Source of the DNA: Aureliella sp. | GTDB lineage: Bacteria > Planctomycetota > Planctomycetia > Pirellulales > Pirellulaceae | Length of the DNA: 64,000 nucleotides | Assembly (NCBI GenBank): GCA_963691875.1 | Contig: OY829846.1 | Coordinates: 4,288,001 to 4,352,000, forward strand | Reading direction: 5' to 3' | Part shown: piece by piece, positions 10,001 to 20,311 of the stretch | Numbering within the stretch: the stretch's first letter is position 1 | Layout: every line of letters begins with the position of its first letter | The notes under the pieces: model-generated | The model's database searches: none | The model's input: only the letters and a program-made list of their open reading frames with translations | What the model was told of the DNA's origin: nothing | Program-made: the position numbers and the translations under genes

Positions 10001-10749
10001 TCAAGGCTGGTGGTCCCAACTATGTTGTGCCTTTGATGGACTTTGCGACGCTCGATGATTCCCCGATTGACGAGAAGGCAATGCCAAGTGCACCTGAGAA
10101 CGCTGCCTTGTCGGCATTCTGGCAGCGCTTGGCGACGATGCGGACCGAAGCATCACAGCAGGCTCGCGAGTGGCTCGGTCAGGAAGGTTGGCTGCGACTG
10201 CAAGATGCGATCTCTAGCTACGATGCGTTTGCTGCAGAGGAAATTCACCTGTCGCACGATACGTTGAAGTTGGTGGGGCAAGACAATATTCGACGCTACC
10301 AGCCAATGACGCACCTCCGCATCCGCGTCACTGAAAGCGATTCGTTGCTTGGTATCCTGGCTCGCTCAGCGGCAGTGATTGCAGTGGGCGGTCGCGCGAC
10401 GGTTAGCACTCCAACCGGAGTACACGCCGAGTGGCTGCAGGTGCTTGAGAAGCTCACTCAAGACTGGGCAGCAGACATCGAGTTCTTAGAGGAGAGCGAT
10501 GAGGAGCTGATTGCTGCAATTCAGGAGGAACAAGTCGATCGCCTTCGTTATTCAGGAGGCTCCCCGGTGCCGTTTGACGTCCGCAAGGCTGCTGACGACC
10601 AATTTGTCTACGTCGCCGATCGGCCGATCAGTCCCGAAGGCCGTCTGGAATTGCTTTGGTACGTTTGCGAGCAAAGTCTCTGCGTTGATTATCACCGCTA
10701 TGGCAATCTCGGCTTCCGCGCTGACGAAGAGCGTATGGAAGTCCTATAA
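7072..10749 (+). CDS. putA: Bifunctional proline dehydrogenase / glutamate semialdehyde (P5C) dehydrogenase
   Basis: PRODH motifs LDMEEY, RIVKGANMEME, ASHN and YLVRRMDEN. ALDH motifs SPWNFP, AETGGKN, GQKCSA and ELFGP. Confidence 0.95.
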   Translation: MDLSSIASQLESCDASDLQSVAQASVALARQIQTRAKELQTPAERRQQAELDRMVQHPRDKAILTQLTDQAFRSETAARAADQLVHILDVQGIPRFFSPIERTMLRGFQSFGGYLPGVAVPLVKEKMRQETANVILPAEKEMLQKHLFERRGEGVRMNVNFLGEAILGEKEAQRRLESYLNALQLPEIECVSAKISTLYSQISTLAREETIRTVGNRLELLYRAANRHRFKRKDGSEVAKFVYLDMEEYRDMSLTSEVFMQTLDRKGMEQVRAGIALQAYVPDSFPVQQQITEWAKKRVANGGAPVTIRIVKGANMEMERVEASHRGWQQAPYQEKPDTDANYKQMVVYGLQPENMAAVRLGIASHNLFEVAFSIVLAAKLNVIEHIQFEMLEGMANHQRRALHEMVDNLLLYAPACQRKDFIHAIGYLVRRMDENTGPDNFLRHAFKIEVDSPDWQKMENLFLDSIGRMSMVQVGPRRKQDRRTEGFAAPAPADWRLLENEPDTDFSLKQNAVWTQQIVDTWQPRCDSAATEIPLAINGEDQAGEGAAFESADPSRPGVVAAKYAQASESQIKTSLECAVSDSSGWRKCGVEERYELLRKVAEEIRRRRGDLVGAAMADAGKIATESDPEISEAVDFVEFYAKTALELQQEQRFGAKPVGTVIVVSPWNFPIAIPCGGIAAALAAGNTVILKPASDTVLPARVLCECFWDAGVPREALQLVACSGRAAGEFLLADERVQTVVLTGGTETAQRILASRPDLHLLAETGGKNATIVSSLSDRDLAIKNVLHSAFSHSGQKCSATSLLILEQEVYEDKDFRGSLEDAIQSLTVGSAWDLKTKMGPLIRPPQGDLARGLKELEPGESWAVMARDLQDNPCLYSPGLKWDVAPGSFTHLTELFGPVLGVMPYRDLNSAIDLVHQTGFGLTSGFESLDDREQEIWTSRLQAGNLYVNRPTTGAIVLRQPFGGMGKSAFGPGIKAGGPNYVVPLMDFATLDDSPIDEKAMPSAPENAALSAFWQRLATMRTEASQQAREWLGQEGWLRLQDAISSYDAFAAEEIHLSHDTLKLVGQDNIRRYQPMTHLRIRVTESDSLLGILARSAAVIAVGGRATVSTPTGVHAEWLQVLEKLTQDWAADIEFLEESDEELIAAIQEEQVDRLRYSGGSPVPFDVRKAADDQFVYVADRPISPEGRLELLWYVCEQSLCVDYHRYGNLGFRADEERMEVL

Positions 10750-10752
10750 CCT

Positions 10753-10816
10753 GTAGGCCGATAACGAGCGCAGCGGCGCTGCGCTACGACCCTCTGCTTG
10801 CGGAGTGTCGGCCACG
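10753..10816. repeat. Intergenic nested palindrome (REP-like) downstream of putA
   Basis: Perfect inverted repeat AGCGCAGCG-G-CGCTGCGCT (10767-10785) lies inside GGCCGATA...TGTCGGCC. CCTCTGCTTGCGGAG (10791-10805) recurs as its reverse complement at 34898-34912. Confidence 0.55.
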
Positions 10817-11084
10817 ACCTGCTACGCGTGTGCCCGGGTCCGTGGACATGCTTTATTCCCCGATCCCCCGCCGCCGCAGCAGAAGTTTTTCACCAGCGAG
10901 CCAGAGCGAGACAGCGTCCAGGACGGGTAGATTAACGATTTAGCAACCACGAGTTGAAACCTGAGGCTACCGGCGCCAATAAAGTTGATGTGCATTCATT
11001 CTTGATACAATGGTAGCGGTAGAGAAGTAGACTCTAGCCCGCTCTGATCCCACCTTAGCTGCTCGCCTTTTCCATACAAGCCAT

Positions 11085-14000
11085 ATGCTGCTGCGCTTCC
11101 TACTTGCCGTCTGCCTGTCCTGCGTCGTTTCAAAGACTCAAGCTAGCGACGCCGTTATGCTGCCGAATGACGTCCAGGAAATCTTGAAGCAAAACTGCAA
11201 TCACTGTCATGGAACGAACGATCCAGAAGGCGATGTGCGACTCGACACGATTCTCGATCTCGATCTGAACGCACAACTCGATTTACTCAATCGCGCTCAA
11301 GAACAACTGTTCTTGAAGCGAATGCCACCCGAGGAAGAAGAACAGCCAACAGCTTCGGAGAATGAGCGACTCCGAACTTGGGTTTCTACCGAACTCGCCA
11401 AGCACAATGCATCGTCGCTTGAGAAAAAATTGCAGAAACCAGAGTACGGAAACTATGTAGACCACGAAAAACTTTTCTCAGGCGAATAGTTGGACTCGCC
11501 GGGGTTTACCTGGGATCGCCGCTGGCTGATTAGCGAATACATCTTTAACGCGAAGTTTCAGCGGATCTTACAAGGCAACACACACGCGCGGCGACAGGGA
11601 AAGAACGTGCCTGTCTACGGCAGTCATCGCTTTCGTAGCTTGAGCTTGACCAACCCATTCTTGCTACCGACTCGATCGGGTGTGCGCTATTACGCCGACA
11701 CCGACCTCAGCGGCGGTCATCTTTCGAGCATGTTGACCAATGCGCAAAAGGCTTCGGAGTACATCACGGACTACTTGGTGAAGCGAAACCCAAAGTACCT
11801 GCCTGCGGTCCGCGAAATCATGGCTTTGGAGGAAGAGCAGAATGTCAAGCTCGCGGCTCGGCGCGAACTAATGAACGATTTTATCGCCAAGATCTGCGAC
11901 GAGGTTTACGGGGAAGAAGAGAACCTTGCGCTGCTGCCTCAATTCGCCGCTGTGAAGCTCAAGGAAGTCAAATCGCTTGAGGAGGGAGAGACTTACAAGA
12001 TAGCACCAACTCATGTTGCGATGAATATGCTGAAAAACCTGAAAGGCGAAAATACGGTTTTTCGGACATTGATAGATCCAGAGTATCAGGACTTCGATAA
12101 CCAGGCGTTTCGCGAGCACTGCGAGCGATCTTGGTTCTATTTTGGCGACCACGAGCGCGATATTCAAGGAAGGATGACCATCCTGCGGGACTACATGCCC
12201 GAGATCCGAGAACAGCTAGAAAAGAATCGCCGCAAGTACAAGTTGTTGGAGTTCAAGCCATTGGCTCCGGAAGAAATGGCCGCGATCGAAGCTGGTATTC
12301 GACAGCACCGCAAGCTGGGAGATCGATACGCACAGATCATCGAGAAGTGCATAGCCAAGTGGGAGAAGGATTTTGCAAAAAAGCGACTCGTGGCAGTTCC
12401 GCCTTCAGAGGAACTCATCGCGAAGCTCGTCGATCAGCTAAGTCTCCTGATCCTCGAGCGTTCGCCGAATGTCGACGAAGCGGACGAGTATCTTGCTGTT
12501 GCGAAAGGATACATCACCAAGCTTGGAAATCTGAAGGCGATTCAAAAGCTGATTCAAACTCTGATGCTGTCCAGCGAGTTTGTGTATCGACAGGAGTTTG
12601 GCAGCGGCGCGCCTGACCAATATGGAAGACGCATGCTCTCGCCGCGAGATGCCGCTTATGCAATCGCCTATGCGCTCACGGATCAGAGTCCTGATGCAGA
12701 GTTGGTTCTTGCGGCAGAAAACAGCAAGCTCAACACGCGAGAAGACTACCTTCGTGAAGTCAAACGCATTCTGGCAAAGCGAGATGTCTTTTACTTGATC
12801 GATCCGATCCTGGAGGACAAAAGCTATCCTGATAATACAACCGACACAGCGATTCGTAAGTTGCGATTTGTGCGAGAGTTTTTCGGCTATCCCAAAGACA
12901 TCACAATCTTCAAGGACGAAAAACGTTTTGGCGGCGATCGTATTGGAAATGCAACGGCACGATTGCTGAACGAGACAGATCGACTGGTTGAGCACATCCT
13001 AGAGCGGGACGTAAACGTCTTCGAAGAGTTGCTGACGACGGAAGAGTTTTACGTCTACCACGATGGTGACAATGAACGCATGCAGGCGGCTTCGGATCGC
13101 ATCAAAAGTATCTATGCACACTTCAAGGATCTGGATTGGCAGAACTTTGAGAAGGAAGATTTGCTCGATCACCGCGAATTCTTGAAGGAAGTCAAGATGC
13201 GCAGTGTGGATCCAGACAAGTTGGATGCACGCAATCGTCAGGGGAACACGATCCAGCTATTCAAAAAGTCGATGAAGACGATCACTGCTCGATTGAACAA
13301 AGGCCAGCAAGAGGCCGCGCCTTACGACCTCTATCGAGGTTACGGCAACGACTTCATGCGTGGTTATAACGTGGCCAAGTTCTTCAACTTCTCGCTAGAC
13401 AACTGGGACTACGAAACTCTCCAGCCTGCCAAAGTCGTTCATCGAAAGGGATTGTTGACGCATCCAGCCTGGTTGATGGCTCATGCGCAGAATACAGAAA
13501 CGGACCCGGTGATCCGAGGAAAATGGGTGCGCGAGAAATTGCTGGCCGGAACTATTCCTGACGTGCCAATTACGGTGGATGCTAAGATTCCCGAAGACCA
13601 TCACAGGACGTTGCGGGAACGACTAGCGAGTGCAACGGAGTCCGACTACTGTTGGAAATGCCATCAGCAGATGAATCCATTGGGCTACGCCTTTGAGATT
13701 TACGATGACTTCGGACGTTTCCGTTTAGAAGAACCGCTCGAACATCCTGATAACTTGATCCAGGTGGGGCCTGAACAACGTGGCGACCACCTTGTGGACA
13801 CGCGAGATACTTTCGAAACGCGCCCGGTTAATTCGAAGGGATTCTTGGAGGGAACCGGTAGTCCGTTGTTGGACGGAGAGGTTCGTGATGCGATGGAGCT
13901 GGCCGAGCGTCTGGGCAAATCGAAGCGAGTGCGGCAATCGATCATTCGGCATGCGTTCCGTTATTTCATGGGACGCAATGAGACGCTCTCCGATTCAAGA

Positions 14001-14114
14001 ACTCTCATAGATGCCGAGCAAGCTTACCTGGAGAGTGAAGGTAGCTTGGATGCAGTGATCGTTTCTCTGTTGACCTCTGATTCATTCATTTATCGAAAAG
14101 CTGTCGAGGATTGA
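11085..14114 (+). pseudogene. Planctomycete cytochrome-c / DUF1588-type (PSD) large secreted protein interrupted by a single in-frame TAG at 11487-11489
   Basis: ORFs 11085..11489 and 11490..14114 are in the same frame and separated only by TAG (...VDHEKLFSGE*LDSPGFTWDRRWLISEY...). Signal peptide plus CNHCH in part 1; RKGLLTHPAWL, TDPVIRGKWVREKLL and CWKCHQQMNPLG in part 2. Confidence 0.8.
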
Positions 14115-15499
14115 TTGTGCTCAACCGCAAAGAATTTCTAAAGACATCTACACTTGGCTTGGGCGCGATGGCACTGGCACCGTCCTTCAACCAATGCTTT
14201 GCCGCCTCGAGCTCCTCAGGAGTGCCGAGACGATTTGTTTTCATTCGAAAGTCGAGCGGAATTCGTCCAGCTGAAATCGCTCTGCAAGATTTTTCTGACA
14301 GCGACAAGGCACTGGACGAGCAGAAGCAAGCGTTGGAAGCTGACTTGCACAAGCATGAGCTGCCGAAATGGTTGCGTGGGTTGGATGAGCACAAAGAGCA
14401 TATGACCATCTTGCAGGGGCTTTCTGCAAAGATGAGCGAAAATATTCACTGGTCATTTTCCTCCGTGATGGGCTGCTTCAAGTCAAATCGAAATACGCTG
14501 AGCGCCATCAAGCGGACGACGGTCGACTTTGAGCTCGCCAAGCTATTTCCTTCGCCTTTCGGCCACGTTGAGCTTTCTTTTGCTGGCGGCCGTACAGGAA
14601 TCGTGGACGGCTACTCGGCTCCAGCGCCGCAGACACGGAACTACTGTTACGCGGATCCAGAAACAGCCCGCAATGAACTTTTCAAATCCGTGCTCAATCC
14701 CGAAGCGGTCAACTCGGACAATGACATGCTGTCGTTCCTGCAGAGCAAGGAAGGAATGCAGCTTAGCGGCATCAAGGGCCACGAGAAGCGACGACAAGAG
14801 ATGCAGGTCGATTCAATCGATGCCATTCGTCGCCGGAACGCGAAGCTGATCAAGATGGCTGGTTCGCTGGTGGATTTTTTGCCCGAGATTGATCCTGTAC
14901 ATGCAGGCGGTGGTCCCACGGCGAGCACACCTGAGAAGCAAGCTGCCATGACGGACGTGCTCATCGCGGCGCTGAAGTCAGGGCTGACCAACGTGGTGAC
15001 CTATACGATCGACGATCTCGGTACACCCATCACAGGACTTCCTGGGAACGAAACAGATCGCGTTGGGATCCATCCGTTGGGACATGACGAGGCTTTTGGC
15101 GGAGTGCCGGCCTGGAAGACTCGGGAGCAGATTCGGATCAGTCACGTGAATCAGATTGCGGCGATCGTCAAGGAGCTCAAGCATACTCCTGAGGCTGGTG
15201 GCACGATGTTTGACAATACGATGATCATGTACTTTCCTGAGAATGGCGAGACGCATCATGGTGTCGGCAAGGAGTCGCCTTTCCTAATCATGGCTGGCGA
15301 CAACTGCAAACTGAATTGCGCCGGTCGCTACATTCGGTTGCCTTATCTTGGAACCGACGGCCACAAGACGCTGGGCAACTGGTACACCACTTTGCTTAAC
15401 GCTCACGGGAACCCTATCGAGCACTACGGTGATCTCGATCCCGAAATGTCGCGCAAAAAATTGCCTCAGACTGGCCCCATCGATCAGTTGATGAGCTGA
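14111..15499 (+). CDS. DUF1552-family Tat-exported protein, partner of the upstream cytochrome-c protein
   Basis: Tat-like N-terminus (LNRKEFLK), PRRFVFIRKSSG, ALKSGLTNVVT, TMFDNTMIMY and GETHHG. Overlaps the upstream stop by 4 nt. Confidence 0.8.
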   Translation: MIVLNRKEFLKTSTLGLGAMALAPSFNQCFAASSSSGVPRRFVFIRKSSGIRPAEIALQDFSDSDKALDEQKQALEADLHKHELPKWLRGLDEHKEHMTILQGLSAKMSENIHWSFSSVMGCFKSNRNTLSAIKRTTVDFELAKLFPSPFGHVELSFAGGRTGIVDGYSAPAPQTRNYCYADPETARNELFKSVLNPEAVNSDNDMLSFLQSKEGMQLSGIKGHEKRRQEMQVDSIDAIRRRNAKLIKMAGSLVDFLPEIDPVHAGGGPTASTPEKQAAMTDVLIAALKSGLTNVVTYTIDDLGTPITGLPGNETDRVGIHPLGHDEAFGGVPAWKTREQIRISHVNQIAAIVKELKHTPEAGGTMFDNTMIMYFPENGETHHGVGKESPFLIMAGDNCKLNCAGRYIRLPYLGTDGHKTLGNWYTTLLNAHGNPIEHYGDLDPEMSRKKLPQTGPIDQLMS

Positions 15500-15562
15500 C
15501 CGTCTGACAGTTGGTTTCCTCATTGGGCGAAATTCCCCTCTTCTCATCCTCAGGGTTCAACC

Positions 15563-17392
15563 ATGAGCAGCCTTGGCAAGCATTTTCTTTCTGCGGTATT
15601 GCTTCTCGTCTTTGGAATGCCGGCGTTATGGGCGGATGAGACGTTCAAGGTCCACGGGATCTTCCGCAGCAATATGGTGTTGCAGCGTGATAAGCCCATC
15701 AGGATTTGGGGCTTCGCAAAGCCAGGGGACTCGGTAAGGGTTACCTTGGGTGACCTAGCAGAAGAGTCTCCTGCGATTGCATACGGAAATCCGTATGGGA
15801 ATTGGTCCGTCACCTTCGATCCGCAGCCAGCCAACACGACAGGCCAATCCTTGGTGGTGGAGTGTGGCGACCAAAGGATTGAGATGTCCAACATCCTCAT
15901 CGGCGATATCTGGGTCATGAATGGGCAGAGCAATATGGCGTTCGCGTTGAAGGCTGTTTATGAAGCCCAATTCGAAGCTTCAATGGCCCACATTCCATTA
16001 ATGCGTCATATCCGAATCAACGCGGGCGCGGAATCGGAACATGAGGAGACCGACTTGGCCGACGAGTTCATCAATGGAAACTCGGCGGACAAGAACTGGC
16101 AGATGGTAACGCCGGAGGTAGCATTGGAGATGGGCGCCATCGGATACTTCTTTGGTTCTCGGCTTCAGCGAAGTTTGCAAGTTCCCATTGGCATTATCGA
16201 TAACGCGCGGGGCGGTGCCTCCTTGGAGAGCTTGGTGCCGCGCCACAAGTTTGCAGAGGATCCGCTGGCGACCGAGTATCTGAAATGGGTGGATCAGCGG
16301 AACGCAGAGTTTAGTGAGGAAGATTTTCTTCAAGCTCAGATGGATCGTTGGCAACAAAATCACGACAAGTGGAAGGCTCAAGTTGCTGCGGACAAGGTGA
16401 AAGGGAAGCAGAGCAATCGTCGCGAGCCGAAGAAGCCCGACGGTAGTATTCGCACGTGGTCAGTTCCCGGGCGAAGTCCCAGTGATGCAGCTTCATGCTA
16501 CAACGGAATGTTTGGTGTCTTCAAAGGCCTCCGAATCAAGGGTGTTGCTTTTCATCAAGGTTTCAACAACGCGATGCTGAACACGAGTTGCAAGCCAGGT
16601 TTTTACCGCATGCTGATGAAGCTCATGGTTGAAGGCTGGCGCGACGATTTTGACGATCCAGATTTTGACGAGGCACCGCTGCCTGTCGCAATCATTGGGC
16701 TTTGTGCGGGTGGGAGAGCGCAGACAAGTCAGAACTTCGAGGAGCTTGGACTTTCGACTGCTGCGTACATTCGCGAGGCGCAGCGACTGGGGTTAGCAGA
16801 CGTAGGTGATCCAGAGCATACTGCTTTTATCCCCGCCTACGACCAGAAGATTCCACAGCTCCACACGAAGAAAAAGAAGGAGCTTGGACTGCGAACAGCG
16901 CGTTGGGCACTTAAGAGTGTTTATGACAATGAAGAGATCGTTTGGGATATAGCTCAGCTAGTCTCGGTTGCCATCGAAAGCGACCAATTGACTTTGACCT
17001 TCGATAAGGCTGTACGTCCCGATGATTTCGGCTCTGAGATAGAAGGCTTTTCCATCGCGGACGACTCTGGGGTTTTCTACATGGCGAATGCTGTACCGGT
17101 GCAAACAAAAGACAAGACCCTGCAGAACAAGCAGATTGTTGTTTCTAGCCCGCTGGTAGAGAAGCCACGGTGGGTACGTTATGCCTGGGCTCGATCGCCA
17201 ATGGGAAATCTGAAGGTCAACGGAATTCCTTGGCAACCACTGCATAGCTTTCGCACAGATGACGCTAATTTCGCCGCAGAAGTTTCGCACATGGATCCGG
17301 ATGGTCCACGCAAGAACTCTGAAACGATCAAGGCAATGAAGAGCGAAGCAAGTGCTGCCCTCAGGGCGAGGTTAGAGTCCGAGACGAACTAG
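15563..17392 (+). CDS. Sialate O-acetylesterase (SASA)-family carbohydrate esterase
   Basis: Signal peptide, FRSNMVLQR, GDIWVMNGQSNM and VRYAW. Confidence 0.85.
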   Translation: MSSLGKHFLSAVLLLVFGMPALWADETFKVHGIFRSNMVLQRDKPIRIWGFAKPGDSVRVTLGDLAEESPAIAYGNPYGNWSVTFDPQPANTTGQSLVVECGDQRIEMSNILIGDIWVMNGQSNMAFALKAVYEAQFEASMAHIPLMRHIRINAGAESEHEETDLADEFINGNSADKNWQMVTPEVALEMGAIGYFFGSRLQRSLQVPIGIIDNARGGASLESLVPRHKFAEDPLATEYLKWVDQRNAEFSEEDFLQAQMDRWQQNHDKWKAQVAADKVKGKQSNRREPKKPDGSIRTWSVPGRSPSDAASCYNGMFGVFKGLRIKGVAFHQGFNNAMLNTSCKPGFYRMLMKLMVEGWRDDFDDPDFDEAPLPVAIIGLCAGGRAQTSQNFEELGLSTAAYIREAQRLGLADVGDPEHTAFIPAYDQKIPQLHTKKKKELGLRTARWALKSVYDNEEIVWDIAQLVSVAIESDQLTLTFDKAVRPDDFGSEIEGFSIADDSGVFYMANAVPVQTKDKTLQNKQIVVSSPLVEKPRWVRYAWARSPMGNLKVNGIPWQPLHSFRTDDANFAAEVSHMDPDGPRKNSETIKAMKSEASAALRARLESETN

Positions 17393-17494
17393 GATGTAGT
17401 TGCCGAAAGTAGCGTTAGCTACCGGACCACGTATGTGAGTGCAAGACATCCCGCATAAATGAGGGACTAAGAACGAAAGTGACTTCGCTTCGTG

Positions 17495-18418
17495 TCACGA
17501 ATACTGAATCCGAGATCCCAGCGTGTATTGTCCCGCCGTCTTGGTTGCGGACTGCTTGTTAGCATCGAACTGAACATCGATGCGGCCGAGTCGCACGCCA
17601 AAACAGCCGACTTGTTGGATCATGGTCGGATTCTTCTTTGGATCTTCCACTATCTTGGGTTCATCAAGAAAGGTGTGCGTGTGACCTCCGAGGATAACGT
17701 CGAGCCCGGCGACTTCGGCGGCCAGGTTGATATCGCCAACGGAGTCACGGCGGTAGCGATGTCCGAGGTGCGAGAGACAGACGATCAGGTGGCATCCATC
17801 ATTGCGGAGTCCTTCAACAATATTGCGAGCCACTAAGATCGGGTCTTCATAGGAGATACCTTTGTGAGCAGAATACAGGACGAGACCATCGAAATCGATG
17901 CCCAGTCCGAAGATGCCGACTTTGAAGTCACCGAACTGCCGGGTCGTGTACGGCTTCACGTGCTTGGCCAGCGGCGAGCCAGCCATCTCGTAGTTGGCGC
18001 ACACAAACTCAAATTTAGCGTGGGGCATGGGTTTCAGTAAGCCAGCAACGCCATTGTCAAACTCGTGATTGCCCAAAGTAGCGACATCGTAGCCCATGGC
18101 CGACATGACTTTAAATTCGACCTCACCGGCAAAGAGATTGTAATAGGGTGTTCCTTGCAGAATGTCGCCGCTGTCCAGCAACAGTACGTTCTTGTTCTCT
18201 TGGCGTATCTTTTTTATCAATTTGGCTCGGCGTGCTGCGCCTCCAAGCCCTGCATTTCTCGAGTACAGCTTCGAGAGTGGGTCGAGGTGGGAATGGGTGT
18301 CGTTCGTATGAAGAATCACCAAGGACTCAGGCTTGCCCGTGACAGCACTCGCTGATGTCGAGGCACCGATGGTAGCCGTGGCGGCTACCGACTGAATGAA
18401 ATGTCGTCGTTTTAGCAT
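17495..18418 (-). CDS. 5'-nucleotidase/UshA-like N-terminal metallophosphoesterase subunit, Tat signal
   Basis: MLKRRHFI Tat motif; HTNDTHS, DSGD, GNHEFD, LSHLG and GGHTH. Confidence 0.9.
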   Translation of the reverse strand: MLKRRHFIQSVAATATIGASTSASAVTGKPESLVILHTNDTHSHLDPLSKLYSRNAGLGGAARRAKLIKKIRQENKNVLLLDSGDILQGTPYYNLFAGEVEFKVMSAMGYDVATLGNHEFDNGVAGLLKPMPHAKFEFVCANYEMAGSPLAKHVKPYTTRQFGDFKVGIFGLGIDFDGLVLYSAHKGISYEDPILVARNIVEGLRNDGCHLIVCLSHLGHRYRRDSVGDINLAAEVAGLDVILGGHTHTFLDEPKIVEDPKKNPTMIQQVGCFGVRLGRIDVQFDANKQSATKTAGQYTLGSRIQYS

Positions 18419-18421
18419 CGG

Positions 18422-19276
18422 TTATTCTCCTGATTCTTTCCCGAGACTGACTCGGCCATCGAGCACGGAGGGAATATTCTTCATTTGACGAATGCGTTTG
18501 ATCATGATTTCTCGTAAGAACAGCTTGCCGTCTTTTCGTTCCGAAGCTTCTTGTAGGACGGCAAATTCGTCGCCAATCCCGGCGAGGTAATCCAGAGTCG
18601 CGAGTTTATAGGTAGCTTCTGGTTCGAGAGATTTTCCACCGATCTTAATCTTGGTGGCGGTCCAACTGTTTTTTTTATCGGTCGTGTTGGTTTTCTGGAG
18701 TTCGTACACCACGCCCGAAATTACCTCTCCTTGTTTATCAGCAAGTGATTGAATCAACGATTCAATTTGGCTTCCGGTCAGTGTCAAAACCACAATCCGA
18801 TTGTCAAAGGGTACTAGTTGATAAATGTCAGCGACTGTGATCGGGCCGGCAGGAAGTTCCGGAAGGCGGATACCACCCCGGTTCATCAAAGAGATTTTGG
18901 TTTCTGGGTCGAGATTCTCTTTCGAATAATTGAGGATCGAATCGGCAATCAAATTCCCCAGTGGACTCTCTGGCCGTCCCCGGTCGATTATTGTGTCGGC
19001 AATTCCAATCTCTTCGTCCATGACCGCTTGAAGCTTCTCGCGATAAGGCTGAATGATTGCGTCTATTTCCGCGTCGATTCCTGATGCGTCGTCGACCTCA
19101 GACCAGTTGGCGTTGATTGCAGGCTGAGATGGTGCTTGCTGTGCTTCGTTGGTGTAATCTTCAGAGGGTTTTGTGGCGTCTTTGGTTTTCAGCGCACCCT
19201 TAGCTTTGCATCCAAGTGTTGCAACACAAAGAAGAATGGCGGCAAGAATGAATGCGCAGGTGTGACGAATCTTCAC
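18422..19276 (-). CDS. 5'-nucleotidase C-terminal (substrate-binding) domain, probable lipoprotein
   Basis: Lipobox-like TLGC; ESPLGNLIAD, NRGGIR, PFDN and YKLATLDYLA. Confidence 0.85.
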   Translation of the reverse strand: MKIRHTCAFILAAILLCVATLGCKAKGALKTKDATKPSEDYTNEAQQAPSQPAINANWSEVDDASGIDAEIDAIIQPYREKLQAVMDEEIGIADTIIDRGRPESPLGNLIADSILNYSKENLDPETKISLMNRGGIRLPELPAGPITVADIYQLVPFDNRIVVLTLTGSQIESLIQSLADKQGEVISGVVYELQKTNTTDKKNSWTATKIKIGGKSLEPEATYKLATLDYLAGIGDEFAVLQEASERKDGKLFLREIMIKRIRQMKNIPSVLDGRVSLGKESGE

Positions 19277-20311
19277 GGTATTGAAATCTCACAAATGACA
19301 TGTTCGACGAGAGTATGCGGTATTATCCCTGAGCGTTCCAATTCTTGGTAGGCGTAACGATCTCGGCGCCAGTACGGCATGAGCAGCTCGTATTCACTCC
19401 TTACGTTGCGGTACCAGCGCTGCGCTCTTTAGCGTCTATGGCATTAGCTTGGTCAAGCTTCTATCGTTGTTCTTTGTATTTGTGGCGATGCTAATTGGGC
19501 TTCGTCGGAGCCGGTTCCGGTCGCTCGCCCCGCACTTCGCGCAGCGAGATCGACGTCCGATACAGGCGTAGCGATGGGCCAATGGAGACACTTTGTTGGT
19601 GAGGTTGGAGGGAGCTCTTTTATGTAATTTTCTTGCAACGCATCTGGTTGAACTAACATTATGTACGCCCTCGAACTTGTGATCCGCGCGAAAACCTCTA
19701 TTCGCTGGTCATGGCCGATGCTCCTGTTGCAGTAAGGTTGTACCCGCAGGGACGGTTCATTCGGCGGCCTAACGAAGGTCACGTGGCCAAGGCCTTCGTC
19801 CAACAATCTGCTATCTCGGCCTCTATCTTTGACTCTTGACGTAGTATGGTGTTCCGTACTGGAAACGCAACAATCAGGCTGCCTTGGAGGCAGCCGGGAT
19901 CTGGTAGGTGTGACCATCGCGTAAAATGGCCTAGATTACTAACAGTGATCGGCGTGCGATCGCAAAGGTCGCCTTCTTGTTGCCAATCTGAGCAGCCAAT
20001 TCTTCGAATACGTTTCTCCAGCGAGCTGTAGTGGCTTTTCATTCGGTGAGCCACCAACTGAATCATGATTCATCGCGGCAGAGGCGAACCGGCTTTGTTA
20101 GACGCGACTTCTTACGTCGATCGTCACTCTCGCGTACTCCCGGTTCAAGACCACCGAATTACACCACAGGTCTGCATTGGTAAAGCGTCGCCAGTCACCG
20201 AGCTCTGCTACAAACATATGGGCGGTTGCGTTTTGTCGAGTTCTTCGCGAAGCAAGTCTTCTCATCTCAAAATAAGAACCCCGGAACCACACGTCGCCTC
20301 ACATCGGATAC

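Noticed and set aside
11487..11489. Pyrrolysine or amber recoding
   Set aside because: Several complete genes in the window end in TAG at the expected length, and no pyl genes are present.
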